NCBI GenBank assembly: GCA_051294375.1
Contig: CM119268.1
Coordinates: 10,114,370-10,178,369 of the forward strand
DNA from: Paraspadella gotoi
Lineage: Eukaryota; Animalia; Chaetognatha
Direction: 5' to 3'
Length of the DNA stretch: 64,000 nt
Shown: one piece after another, positions 14,730 to 27,600 of the stretch
How the letters are laid out: each line of letters starts with the position of its first letter
Numbering within the stretch: position 1 is the stretch's first letter
Translations under genes and position numbers: made by a program
The notes under the pieces: generated by a model
Databases searched by the model: none
Told to the model about the DNA's origin: nothing
The model's input: only the letters and a program-made list of their open reading frames with translations

Positions 14730-16009
14730 TTCATGACTTTATTGAAGATTATTTAATTTTAAACTTTTGAGTTTATTGGTTTAGTGTGAAGTTTCAATAA
14801 AAAGACGAGGGTGTTTTGCCGCTTACATGCTTCCCTTCCAAAAATATGTGGTATATAATTAATTAATTATATATCTTAAGTTTTTCTTATGATTTTAATC
14901 GATCTCCCGTCATTGTAACAAAGAGAGCTTGTCAAAGTCTTATTGCGCAGAATTCGAAAGTTTTGATTGATACAAGATGTCACGAGATGTTTAGACAAGA
15001 TTCCCAGATCGTCCCCGCATCACGAAGCCAAATTTTTATCAAATAAAAAAAAAGAAATGCTTGAGATGAATTTTATTTTTCTTTTGTTGAAAGTTCCAAA
15101 AGAGACATAAGCTTTGGATGAGTTTTTTTTTATTTTAGTTTTTTATTCTCACTTTTTTTTTATTTTTCTTAATGATTTTCGTGATCGTTTCTTTTAGTAG
15201 GATAGAGTTTTAGTCGTTTTCTTCAAGTAAACTTTTCACTTCAAACATCAACAAAGTCGTGGTTCTTGTCTTTCGTTGAAAAAATATTTGGAAAACGTCA
15301 CAATTAAAAAATCCAACTTTAAAGCAGCACACAAAATGAGCATCTCTTCAAATTTGTTTTTAACCGGCGAATTGCCATATAGTTTTAACGATATTCGAAC
15401 TTAATCACTTAGCTTCCCGTAAATGTTAATGATATACTTTTGGCTACGTTAAATTTATGTGACATGAAAGATAAATCAACTAGTTAGTTATTACAAAATT
15501 CAACATATAGCACTGGATTAAACATCGCAAGATTTAGACTTAGCGTTATAAGTCTGTCTTCGCTACCTAGCTGTTCAAAATGAACAAGTCCGAACTGAGA
15601 CTGTTACATGTCTCATGTCTATTGTCAAACTTCGATGTAAGAGCCGCGAGAAATCTTACTCTCGGAAAAATTAGGAATTTTATAAGTTCTTCTCAGAACA
15701 AAGACAAAATTGACCATGAAGCGTCATGTATTCAATTGACTATAATCGACCTATAATCTACCTCAAAAGTTTTATTAGTTTATAAATTAAAGACGAAAAA
15801 AAAAAAGAATCACAGAATATATTTCAAATTTTATATAACCATGTTGGCATAAAACAAAAAAAATGTGAATAAACATCGTCAAACAATTGATCGGCAATAA
15901 TGTTAGGGATATGGCTTGAGTGTTCTTTTTCAAAGGTTCTTGCAAGCAATTTCATTCATTATCTTCTCGTGTGGTTTACAATACAATGAATATTGAATAT
16001 AATGAAAAT

Positions 16010-16248
16010 CAGGGGCGGCGAGAGGGGGAACACCCGGGGGGGGGCCTGAGAAGAGAGAAAAAAAATAAGAAAAAGAAGAAAGAATAAGAAGAAAAAGTGT
16101 AAGAATTAAGAGAAGTTAGAAAATTATGGAGAGCGGGGGGGGGGGGGGTCGGCCAGGGGGCTAGTGGAGGGGCCTGTAATAAAAAATGAGGTAGGTATTT
16201 TTTATTAGTAGTTTATATATTTTAGAGCCATTTCTCTCGCCGCCCCTG
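16010..16248. mobile_element. hAT-like MITE
   Basis: Perfect 15-bp terminal inverted repeats CAGGGGCGGCGAGAG / CTCTCGCCGCCCCTG; degenerate 8-bp flanks atgaaaat / atgacatt. Confidence 0.75.
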
Positions 16249-17094
16249 ATGACATTATTGAGATGAAGAAAGAACAGTCAAATAATATCCCTGAGAATAA
16301 GACAAAAAAATATATATATATTCTAGTTTTTTTTAAAAATATGTACCATAAAAGATAACTATTACTGGCGAGGCACAATATAGCTCTATCACAGAACCGA
16401 CAATTGCCTTATATCATTTGAAAAGTTATCATTTTATAAAATTCTATAAAATTCTATAAAATACACCCATTTGAATATCTAGTAAGAATTCTCTTAAATC
16501 CTATAGAATTGATTGATTGATTGACCCATAAAAACTTAAAATAAAAAGATATATTATTTCGGTGAAAATTATGCATTTAAAATAAATTTTAATAAAAAAA
16601 ACACGTATTGCAATATATTAAACAAATTCTTTTACTACTGTTTTACAAATTACAAATACAATCTGTTTACATAATATACATACATCGCAGTTGGTACGCC
16701 TGAAGTTTGTGCGGAAGGAAGATTCGGGTGATAATCACTAAGGCGGGCCAGAATTTAACATTTTTTACAATATGAAATAGTCTGCAATAAAAGTCTTTTG
16801 TCCTTTTCAAACCAAATTGACTTATGATGTTAGATTTTTATTAAATTCATATATAAGAAATGCTGAAAAATTTTTTTAGGAAATTTAAATTTTTCAAAAT
16901 GGATTCTGATCACGATTAAAAAGTAAGATAACGGTTAGTATTACAAATTTTAAAAATTTTAATGAAAATAGGATGAAAACAAACAAACAAACCTAAAATT
17001 GACATTAACAAGGACAAAAATGTCTAAAAGGTTTCAAAGGATGTCCAAAAGAAGCGTCGGGAAATACCAATTGCGGTGACTCAAAAATAAGAAT

Positions 17095-17155
17095 AACAAC
17101 AACAAATACGTATTTACATTGGCTGAAAAAGGTCAGCCATAACAAGGTCATTCTG
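17095..17155. repeat. Short interspersed repeat with internal hairpin; inverted copy at ~26926-26990
   Basis: tatttacattggctgaaaaaggtcagccataacaaggtcattc is the reverse complement of gaatgaccttgttatggctgacctttttcagccaatgtaaata in a Rel-C intron. Confidence 0.75.
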
Positions 17156-17655
17156 TTTGGATACGAACTTTCATTCTTATTGACCACTACGGGTCACAAA
17201 GTACAAAGACTTCGTCGTCGTCTTCGTTATTATATTCGTCGTCGTCGTCGTCTTTGTTCGAATCATTTGTGCTCCAAAAATTCAATAAATTTGATAGTTT
17301 TTGTTAATTTTCTTAGACAAATCATTAAAAATTTACAAAGTTGTAATAATAACCACCATCTAACTTTTTAATCTCTATCAGAATCCGATAAAAATAATTA
17401 AAATTTAAAAAAAAAAATTGACATTATATAGTATTTGGATAATATAAAATAGCTTCCATAAGATAAATCTTTTTTTTTATTTTCACGATCTTTAATTAAC
17501 ACATTAACAATATTTATACCGGACTTCTGTTAGTTTTAAACCTATTCCGCCTTTATAATCACACATCAAACAATACACAATTACACATCACTCAATCGCA
17601 TCAATACTCAGTTTCTTTACAATTTTCTTTCCATAATAACTGAAGTAATTGACAA

Positions 17656-18757
17656 TTATTTTTGACCGATGCCCGACTGCTGCAAAATTTGTTGAAGAAC
17701 GTCGCCCCTTCCTCCTCCTTCGGTCTCCATGAGATCATCCGTGGAAAGAGGATCTTGCTTGGAGATCGCCGAGTGGGTAGAGTCGGTGGAGAGTGGGGTC
17801 CGGCTCAACTCCGCCTCTATTTTCAAATTTTGCTGAATATAACGGATTTTTTCCAAGGATTCCCGCGAGTGTTCCTCCCGTCTCTCTTCTTCTTTTACGC
17901 GAGCTTCGGGCCTCCCGCCATTTTCCCCCCCTTTTTTCTTTGTAACGCCTTTTCCAACTCTAGCGCCCTCGCTACTATTTCCGTCGCCTTCCGCCGCAGA
18001 GCCGCCGCTCGCAAAGTTAGCAGCGGTAGCGCCGAAGAAGCCGGCGTCGAGCAGTCCTTGGAAGGAAGCGCTATCGAGAAGGACGGCGCTAGTTGTCGTC
18101 GGGACGGCGTAGCCTGCCGCGCCGAAATTACCCGCGGATTGCTGCTGCTGCGGCGGCTGAGACATCAAACCTAAATCGCCGCTGCTTAGCATTTCCGTTG
18201 AGAGACCGATTCCCTGCGGCAGCGAGAAAATTATATTTTAAAAAAAAAAATAGCGTTGAGGCAGCGTCGAAAATTGACGGTTGGGATGACTCGCCTGCGC
18301 CAATAGCGGATCTCCGTCGAAATCGGCCTCGCCGATGGGCGACAACGCAACCGGATTTTGCGTCACAATGGGTTCCGGAAAAGCCGGAATGTAAGACAGC
18401 GAAGCGTATTCGGTCGACGCACCTGTACAAGAATGAATGAGTGAATGAATGAATGTATATAAATTATAAAATTTATATGTATATTATACAATATACATGT
18501 ATGTATAAATGAATGAATTAATTTTTTAAACTGTTAATGTTACTTGTAAAAAAATGTTAATTTCTATGCAGAAAAAAACTGACCGACGTTTGGAGGATTG
18601 AAAAGCGGACGAGTTGCGAATTCGTCGTCAGAACAAAGTTGAGCGTAGCCAGAGGCTGTTGGTCCTAAAAAACAAATTAAGATGAAAAAAAAAAAGCATA
18701 ATTTTTTTTCTGAGGACAGAAAAATGAATAATAGCTTACGGGCCATTCATTGAATGG

Positions 18758-18794
<37 letters not shown>

Positions 18795-21746
18795 TGAATC
18801 TATTATTTCGTCAGTCACCGACTGAAGCCGTTGCTTCCGTCTTGAGATGTCCTTGTAATCTCCGAATCTCCGGCATGTAGAGGGCCTCTCCTTCGTCCAC
18901 AATTGGCAGTCCCACGTCCTCTAGGGTCAAGCTTCCCATCCCAGCTGTGTCAGGAGACGTTGGCTCGTCGCTCTGGATAAAATTTTGAAGTTTTTCACAA
19001 ACGAAGTATATTTAATTATTTAATTTTTTATACACGTTGAATTAAGAAAATCTTTAACATTGATGTACCGAGGAAGCCCGGTGTCTCCTCCCGACTAATT
19101 TTGTTCTGTAAAAAGTAGGCGGAAATCCACCGGTGGGCTCGACGCTGGCAAGAAATCGCAAAAAAAAAAGACCGATAAATATCTTGCAAAGTCAAGTAGA
19201 TTTCGCACTTATATACCGTAGTATAAGAAACGGACATTCAAAACAAAAGAGTGACTTACTCGTGTAACAACTTTTGCCGCTTCCTCCTCAGCTGCTCGTC
19301 TTCGTAAGAATCATTAGGAACGTAACTCCATTTATATTGCATTGATTCGCTCGTTGACCTCAAAGATAAACCAAAATAATACTTGATTCAAGGCGCAAAG
19401 TATACAATCATCCCCATAATTGTTTTACTATAATTGTGTTCCTATTTTGCTCTATGGTTGTGAAGTAAAGACTTTTTTAGCTAGAGTAGAGAGTAGAGTA
19501 GTAGAGTAGTAGAGTAGAGACATGAACAAGCTCAATGTAGCTATCAATGTTGGCGTACAAAAGATCTTTGGATTTAATTAATTTTTCTGTTTTTTTTTTT
19601 TTTGTTTTAGACCTAGTCTTGCTATTGACTGTACTGAATCAACCATATTGAACTCGAAATAAAACTCATATAACATTAAGATGATTCAGATTCGCATCGG
19701 TTCTATAGTGTAACGGTTAGCACCCAGGACTCTGAATCCTGTAATCCGAGTTCGAATCTCGGTAGAACCTGTAATTCCATTTACAACGCAAAACTCTAAA
19801 CCGTTGACGCCGCGTTTGATTTCGTGAAGATGAAACTCACAGGTCTTTTTTTTTCCTTAAAGTGATGTAAACGTCGACGGGATCTCGAATGAGTTGATCT
19901 TTGTAGGGAGGAGACCTAAAGACAATCGCCACCTGATGGTGAACGTCGCGCTCCGTGAAACGACCTTTCTGCTCCCAAACGGGAAAATTTCTGAGATGGA
20001 GAGGGAAAGCGTTGAAAAAGAGACCATGTGTGAAACAGAGATCAAAAGAAAGAAAAACTTACTCTTTGTCGTATTCTGTGAATACGATTTCGATCTCATC
20101 TTTTTTAACTTTTTCGCAAAGAAGGATGATCTCTTCTTCGCGACCGCAGCCTCTGCCAAAAAAAAAAAAGAAAAAAAAAAAAAAGAAAACTTATTTATAT
20201 CATCGCAGGCACCAAAATCAAATCGGATCGGAGTCTCGGGCGATCTCCGCGGAAATGGAATCGCCGAATCTTGATTGATTAAGCATGGAACCGGAAACGA
20301 CCAATCAGCTTGCAGATTTTTCAGTCCCTGAGGCTGAGTAAGACTTCATAAAAATCGTACGTCTATATATCTTTGAAATTAACTTTAACGTTCGACGTCA
20401 TTAATCGATACATAAATTTAACCAATGACAAAGCTGTTAAAAATCAAAGCAAGAAGTATTACAGAAAGCAGATTACAAATTTTATATTGAACAGTTAATA
20501 CCTGGCCGGACCATGGTGACGTCCTATTCTAGTGATCACCAATTCTGGATTGGATTTTCGATCCAAAATCGGCTCCGTCACGACCGGAGGAACGATCACG
20601 TTGTACCGACCCTCGCCGTTTGGAAGGAAAGCCTGAGGTTAGAGAGAGTTGAGATGCAGGGAAGGGAAGAAAAAAGATGAGTTGAATAAGAACGGAGAAA
20701 ACAAAGATGGAAGGGAAGAAGTAATTCTTACTGAATCAAAAATCACGATAGTTTATACGTAGACGACTGCAATAATTTTTTTTCTAAACATACAAGAATT
20801 ACAAGGCTCTTTTTTGAGTCACAGTCCTGAAAATGAAATTCCAGAAAAATATCGTCGACTACCTGGAAAGCAATCCGGATCTCATTAAGATTGATAGAGT
20901 TTAGATCTTTGGCGTGGACAAAACCAGTTTGAAAAGGGTCTACCCGGAGTTTTTGCCTTTTCTCCAATGATTCCGCTATGTCTCTCTTCTTGACGCACTG
21001 AATTCCCAGATTTGGAAAGGACACAAATGATTCCCCTGTTCGGACTTTCAACGTGCAAACGCCATCTGCATAAGTTAAATTTTTTTTATTGAAAAAAAAA
21101 ATTTTGAGTCTGGGGACAAAGGAGCTAAGTGGGGCTGAAGATGACTATCCCTAACTTCTAAGACCCCCACTAGCAGCCATGGAACGGGTCCCTGGGCCCG
21201 GAAGCAGGCTTGAGGGTTTTCCACGCCCCCAAGACGGCTTACGGCCGTCTTCACACTTCCCGAAGGGAAGGTACCGGGTTGGGATTGAACCCGATACCTA
21301 GTGGGCATGAGCTGATGGCTTTATTCAATGAGCCACCGGGTCACGACTGAAGGTGTCATGCTTAGAGGCGGGGTGAACTTTGCTATGCCCGACTACAAGT
21401 CTTCAACCCACCTTTGCAGTTTTTGCCAACCAGGTTGTGCGGATGTGGTCGCTGCCTTCTGGATTCGGACGTTACGCAGGAAACCACAATCACCGCAGGA
21501 CCTGAGTTAGTAAAAGAAAAAAAAGGGAGATAACTCAGAAGTTGGCAAAATTGCATTAGGATCTGTCTACTGACCAACAGCGTCGACGAGTCGTATAGTA
21601 GGGTAACACTTGTTTTCCTCCGTGTAGTTCCTGCCAGGTATGCTGCCAGCGTAGCGTCCTTCGCACTCGTAGCGGAAGCGGCACCGAGACTTGGGCTGTT
21701 CTACCACTTCCAGCGAAGGTTTCGAAGGACCGATCGGATGCACCAT
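17656..21746 (-). CDS. Rel: Rel/NF-kB family transcription factor, canonical Rel-type (RHD + IPT + NLS + C-terminal transactivation region, no ankyrin repeats), ~630 aa; 'Rel-A' copy
   Basis: 12 phase-compatible exons (21746-21575, 21501-21412, 21065-20863, 20632-20502, 20152-20063, 19990-19841, 19358-19260, 19105-19069, 18972-18819, 18664-18584, 18422-18295, 18213-17656). Motifs EQPKSRCRFRYECEGRYAGSIPG, RPHPHNLVGK, FPNLGIQCVKK, EEIILLCEKVKKDEIEI, DVHHQVAIVFRSPPY, NLS RRKRQK. Confidence 0.93.
19699..19770 (+). tRNA. tRNA-Gln-CTG: tRNA-Gln (anticodon CTG), antisense within a Rel-A intron
   Basis: GGTTCTA...TAGAACC acceptor stem, D-loop TAGTGTAACGGTTAGCAC, anticodon arm CAGGA-CTCTGAA-TCCTG, T-arm CCGAG-TTCGAAT-CTCGG; 72 nt. 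Confidence 0.95.
21165..21380 (-). mobile_element. tRNA-derived SINE-like repeat in Rel-A intron 2
   Basis: ~210 bp clearly homologous to 52631-52835; minus strand carries A-box-like GGTGGCTCATTG and B-box GGTTCAATCCC. Confidence 0.7.
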
Positions 21747-22170
21747 TTTATAACCAAATTACGAATCAAAATAAGAGGCCTTTAAACTTTTGGCGGGGAG
21801 GAACGCTTGGTTGTGGAGTTTGCGTTGGCGCGGTTTTTAGTCCAAAGTGTCATTGATGAAACTGATTTTCGAGGGAAACGGCATGTGGAAAGAACGAAAG
21901 CAGTTATCGAGAAAGGTCCTGCAACATGTCTTTGTAGCATATGTTTATGAGGTAAATTTATTAATCGCTTGGTCAAACTGTTAATAATGAAAAAAAAATT
22001 AAATTCTTTTCAAATTTTAAAAAACAACAACAACAACACAAAAAAGTTATCATCGAATTAATCAATTTTAATATCACAGTTTAAGGGAAAAAAAGTATTT
22101 ATTGATATAAAATATGAAAGTAAAGTGTTTGTATCGTATGGTACGGTGGGACATATAAAAGTTTCGTATG

Positions 22171-23119
22171 TCAATTCAAGTTTTTGATTGGCTCCGATAC
22201 AACTGGAGGAACGATCATTCGATAAAAACCCTCACGATCGGGAAGAAAAGCCTAAGATTAGGAAATAGAATGGGTTTTAACAAACATTTTAATACTAAAC
22301 TGTAAGGGAAACCATGAACGATATTGATACCTGGAAACAGAGCCGGACCTCATTTGGATTTATTAAGCTGGGATCTGTTGCGAATCCAGTCTGGAAAGGA
22401 TCGACCCGAATCTCCTCTCGCTTTTCGAGAGATTTGTCGAATTGTTCTCTCTTGATGTACTGGATTTCCAAATTGGGAAAGGACACCAAGGAAGAACCAT
22501 TCCGGACTTTCATCGTGCAAACTCCGTCTTGTCCGCAATGTTTCCCAACCAGGTTGTGCGGATGCGGACGCGGTTTTTCGTGCTCAGAAGTCACACAGGA
22601 AACCACTATCACAACTGGACCTGACCATGATTATTAACTAATGTGAAGAATATGTACGCGCAAAATAGGTTTATTACAGTAAAAGCATGCGGACTATGGC
22701 AATAGCCGGGTTGCCTGTGATGCCCATTGGGATGGGGCACCTCAATGTTGTTTTTCGGTGACGCATCCAGTCACTGGCGCAGTTACCCTAGGACGGTCTC
22801 GCTTTGCCAACAGAGAGGGAAGTCGTTAGGACTGTGGATGGAGATTAACGCCTGGGATGGTGAGTTCCCCCTCTGAGCCAATGGTATTGGCTGAACGATC
22901 ACGGACGTTAGGTGGTGTGAATATACCACCACAGGACACAATTAAGTTCTCACCGACAGCGTTGACGAGACGGATTGTGGGAAAGGTTTTATTTTGCTCA
23001 GTACAATTTCTTCCGAGTAAAGAGCTAGAAAAGTGACCCACGTATTCCCTGTAAAACGGCCACATAGACTTTGGTTGCTCCACCACTTCAATCGAGACGT
23101 TTGAAAGCGGGAGTTCCAT
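22171..23119 (-). CDS. Truncated Rel paralog ('Rel-B'): N-terminal RHD subdomain only, ~178 aa; intact ORF or young pseudogene
   Basis: Exons 23119-22954, 22620-22331, 22251-22171 splice in frame. KTFPTIRLVNAVGPVVIVVSCVT, RPHPHNLVGKHC, FPNLEIQ, VRLCFQAFLP...PPVVSEPIKNLN* stops just before the IPT domain. Recognition loop reads PKSMWPFYREYVG. Confidence 0.8.
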
Positions 23120-23215
23120 TGTTTAGACTTTAGTTTTTATTCTTACCTGAAACTGAATGAGATTGAAAGAAAAAAGTATGTGGAATTTGAAAAATTGTAA
23201 ACAGATTATAGTCAC

Positions 23216-23827
23216 TAGAGCGTAGTGAAAGTTACATACGGAAATTCTAAAAGTCAATTATGAACAACATATCATCAGTGAACATTAATTTGTAAAAAAA
23301 ATTAATTTTATGTTTTTTAATTTTCGCAGTAGGCTATATTTATATATAGTACTATCCTTATAAAATAAAAAAAATTTAAAATAGGCTTTTTTTAATTTTG
23401 ATTGCAGATTTGAATCCTTGTCAAAAGTTGATAAAATAAAATATAAATCATTTTTAAAAATTCTTTCATTAAGTGGATTAAAAATTAAAAAAAACTATAT
23501 TTAATATATAAAAAATAAATTTTCAGCTTAAAATATAGCTTTTTCTAATTTTTGACCCACTTAATGAAGGAATTTTTCAAAAAGAGTTATATTTCTTTTT
23601 ATCAACTTTTTATGACGAATCCAAATCTGCAAAAAAATCTTAGAAAAAACTTTTTTGAAATTTTAACATTTATTGGATTAGTACTAGTATAAATTTGGCC
23701 TACTGCTTATATTGTAAAATTTATTAAAAATTTTTTTATTACACAAATGTTCATTAGTATAATGTTGTTCGTTCCTGACTTTTAAAATTTTAATTAAAGT
23801 TAAATTTAGAAATTTTACTACGCCTTA
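23216..23827. mobile_element. hAT-type MITE with intact target-site duplication
   Basis: Termini TAGAGCGTAGTGAAA / TTTTACTACGCCTTA (imperfect TIR), flanked by perfect 8-bp direct repeat ATAGTCAC (23208-23215, 23828-23835); family member at 1-1100. Confidence 0.85.
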
Positions 23828-24685
23828 ATAGTCACGGTTCTTTAGTGCTGGCGATGAGACAGATACAATGACAGACTTAATGGGTTCGTAATGCTAAGAT
23901 AAATAAAATGGTAAATTTGTAGGACTTTGAAATTTACATTTCTCCAAATGTATTTCAATATCAATTATTATTATTATGTGTTTTGAGCAATATCTTATTG
24001 CTGTTAAATATTTTTTGGCTGTAAGTCAGGTTGACAACCCCATGGGAAAATAAATAAGTTTTTTTATTCGTTATTATTATTTGCTTGTCTGTCATTGTAT
24101 AATGCCTCAAAATATGAGGGCAATGAATAAAAAAAAAAACCTTTGAATTGCCCGAGTCGGTTACTATTTTATGTATCACATTTCGACGAATTGATGGTAT
24201 AAAAATGGAGTAATTTAAAATGTAATCACCATGTAAATGTATATATATTATATAAGCCATTGTAAAAATATCTATTTCAGAGGTTTCCTGTGGAATTACA
24301 TATTGACAATCTTTTGTGTCTACACTATCAGAATTCGAACCCCTTAATGAAAGGCAAACAATAAAAAACGTTAAGATATTAAATTCCAAGTTCAAAAAAA
24401 TAATGTCAGGAACGATTTGAAATAAACGATTTTGGTAATTAATATAATTAACATTTTAATTTTAAAAAACATTTTGTGCTCATTAAGATATATTTTGATT
24501 TATATTTTTTTATTAATTATACAAATTTTTTTAATAGTTCCCACAAAATATAACTTACTTACAATATAATAATATCTTACATACTATATTGTTTTATAAG
24601 CAAAAAATAATTTTCAATATTATTAAATTCAAGAAAAACCTCGGGTATAAAAATTAATATCCGATATATCTAATTCGAAATACTG

Positions 24686-27600
24686 TCAAGTCTGGTCACC
24701 AAATATAATTTTCATAAGGTCGTCTAAACTTTCGTCTCGGTTTAATTCGGCGCCATTCCCTTCGACCGCGCCGTCCGAACCGTCGCCATTCGGCGCCGAG
24801 GCCGAATTCAAGTCGTTCTCGATCGAGGGATTGAAAAATCGTGTCGAAGGCTCGCCGATTTGATTTCCGTTCGTAGGAACGGTTCGCAAATTGGTTGAGT
24901 AAATCGTGGTTGTCGATGGCGTCGGATTAACTGGAGCTAGAGAAGCCGAGTTACCAGGAGTGGCCGAAGGGACAAAGTAAATCGGCTGGCTGTTTTGAAA
25001 GCCAATACTGTTTAGCACCGGAGGAAATGCTGTATGGTTACTGTCGCCTGAAGAATCGCCACGTAAACTGGGCGCAGGGTTTCGTAAACTAGTACCATTA
25101 GGTGCTAAGGCGATGGAATAGTTGGGAGAGGCCAGAAATCCAACGCTGGTCAATGCTAAAGTTCCGCAATGTTCAGGAGGGACGTTGCCGTGACTAGTGG
25201 TCAAATTATCAACGTGAGCAGGAAGACCAGTCGATTGCTCGTCCGCCGAAGTTTCTTGCATTTGAAGCTGGGAGAACTGGGGTTGAGGATGCACCACAGA
25301 GGGAGGAAGTTGTAATGTATTTCCGGGTCTCGATAAGTTGAGACTATTGAGAAGTACATCCTGATTTTGTTGATTTCTTTGCAGAGTCATAAGAGGGATA
25401 CAACTTGGTGGCCAGCATGAATCTGATTGTGAAGTTAATTCTAATCCTCTGTCAGGATCCGTTTCATGTGGAACTGCGGCAGTGCAATTTGCGGTAGCAG
25501 CCGAAGGCACATTTTCATTATAAAACGTAGTTAACGCATCCCCATCGTCAATATCTCTCGATCCGTGTGCTGACAAATAGTCCAAATCTGACTGTTTGAA
25601 AGTTACAATCGTGGTATTATCGACTTGTTTCCTGCAGTCGCCGCAATTCTCAACTTTACTCCGTGCTTCCTGAAGAGTCATTGAGCTACGCACGCAGTTT
25701 GGGACGATACTTAAGTGAAAAAAGGAGTAAAACTGTCAAATGGATGACCTATAGTTAATGATAACATACAAAATATAAATTTACCGTTATCCATATATAT
25801 ATCGAAATATCGAAGCAAAAACAGTTATATCAGGACGAAAGGAGAAAAAATAGAGAAGTATGAATAGTGAGGAAACAAACATTTCTTTCCTCCCTTTTAA
25901 TAAGTTTTAAATATTATAATAAGTTATAATAATGTCATTTAAGTTATATATCATATATTCAATTCCAACCTTTTTATAATAAACTATATAATTAAAAGAG
26001 ATAAATAGAACCTTTGAATTTCTTTTAAACCTACCCTAATAAAGACTTTTTTCTCTTTCTTTCAATTCCTTCAGGATCGTCGTAGGTGACATTGGCCTTG
26101 CATTTCAAGATCTCGTTGGGAAGGTAAGTCCATTCCACTGGATATTTGCTCCTAATGAAATAAGCGAAGCCGTTAATGATAATATTTCCCCTCATTTATT
26201 GTGTTTTGTGTTTTGAGATTTTTTCTATAAAAAGAATCTCTTCAGCGTGGTACGGACATATCATTTGTGCTATGATTGATAACTTTTGAAAAAAATTTAA
26301 AACTTAAGTTTCTCTACAATTTTGTTTTCACAAATGAAATAAATTGGCGGAGACAGACATATTTAATTATTTACGCGTAATATGTATTGTATACTGTATA
26401 GTTATTCGAGATAATATTAATAATACCCAGAAGATGATCTGTCCAATGGATCAAAATATTGGTCATGAATTAAAATAGTGTACCTGTACTCCCATGTACA
26501 TTTTTTTATCTAATTAATAAGGTGCTTTTAAAATACTGTAAAAAAGAATTATACCGCGCCATCTCGAACAGTTCGGGTATAATGAGTGAGTCTGAAACCT
26601 CAACATCCTGTTTAATGTGATTAACCATTTGTAATACTTTTAAAACGAATCAATTAATCAATCAACCAATCAAATCAAATCAATCAGTAAGCGAATGAAC
26701 AGTTAGAGATTTTCAAAAAAAAAAAAAAAAAAAAAAATGACGATCCGACTAAAAACCTGTGATCAATTTTCGTGTGTTTGTGACAATAAATATTGACAGT
26801 TTGGGAGCTTAAATGATTCGAACAAAGACGATGACGACGACAACGAATAAAACGACGAAGTCATTGTACTTTGTGACCCGTAGTACCGTAGTGGTCAGTA
26901 AGAAAGAACTGTCATTACCCGAACTTGAATGACCTTGTTATGGCTGACCTTTTTCAGCCAATGTAAATAGGTAGTTGTTATTGTTGTTGTTATTTTTATC
27001 GTTTTTGCTTTTAAGAGTGATGGAGGCCATAAACCACCAAAGCCTGTCAAAAGTCAGGGGCAGGATAACCTATTTATTAATGAATGGTAGTTTTTATATT
27101 GGTTGTGCCAATTTCATATAGATATATATATTCATTACTTACATTGTTATCGGATGTTGCTTTGTCCTTAAAGCGATTTTGACTTTGATAGGCTTTCCAA
27201 TTTCTCTAAACTTCGGCGATTTAACAACAATCGCGAATTGTTTGTGGACAAGAGGTTCGTTGTCTACCCAGACCGCATTTTTTTCCCATTTCGTTGGGTC
27301 ACTGTAAAAGTTTTTAGAAGGAAAAAAAAAGTTACAAAAAAGAAAAAAGTTATTAGAATTTCGAAAATAATAGATTAGATAAAAACAATGACCGGTCATT
27401 CCAGAGGGTTCAAGTGATAGCGTGACAACGTCAGTTTTAAACCTGCAGTTTTTATGAACAACAAGCGTTTCATGGTTCATCACCTCGATATCAACCTCGT
27501 AATTGCGTAATACCACAACAACGAGAACAATAAAAGATCAGACAATTAAAGAGGAGCAAAATATTTAATTAATGTTTGTTTACTTTCCGTATTCGGCGAA

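Noticed and set aside
23961-24395. 144-aa AT-rich ORF between Rel-C and Rel-B
   Set aside because: TTG start, intron-like composition, no motif; probably Rel-C 3' UTR or intergenic
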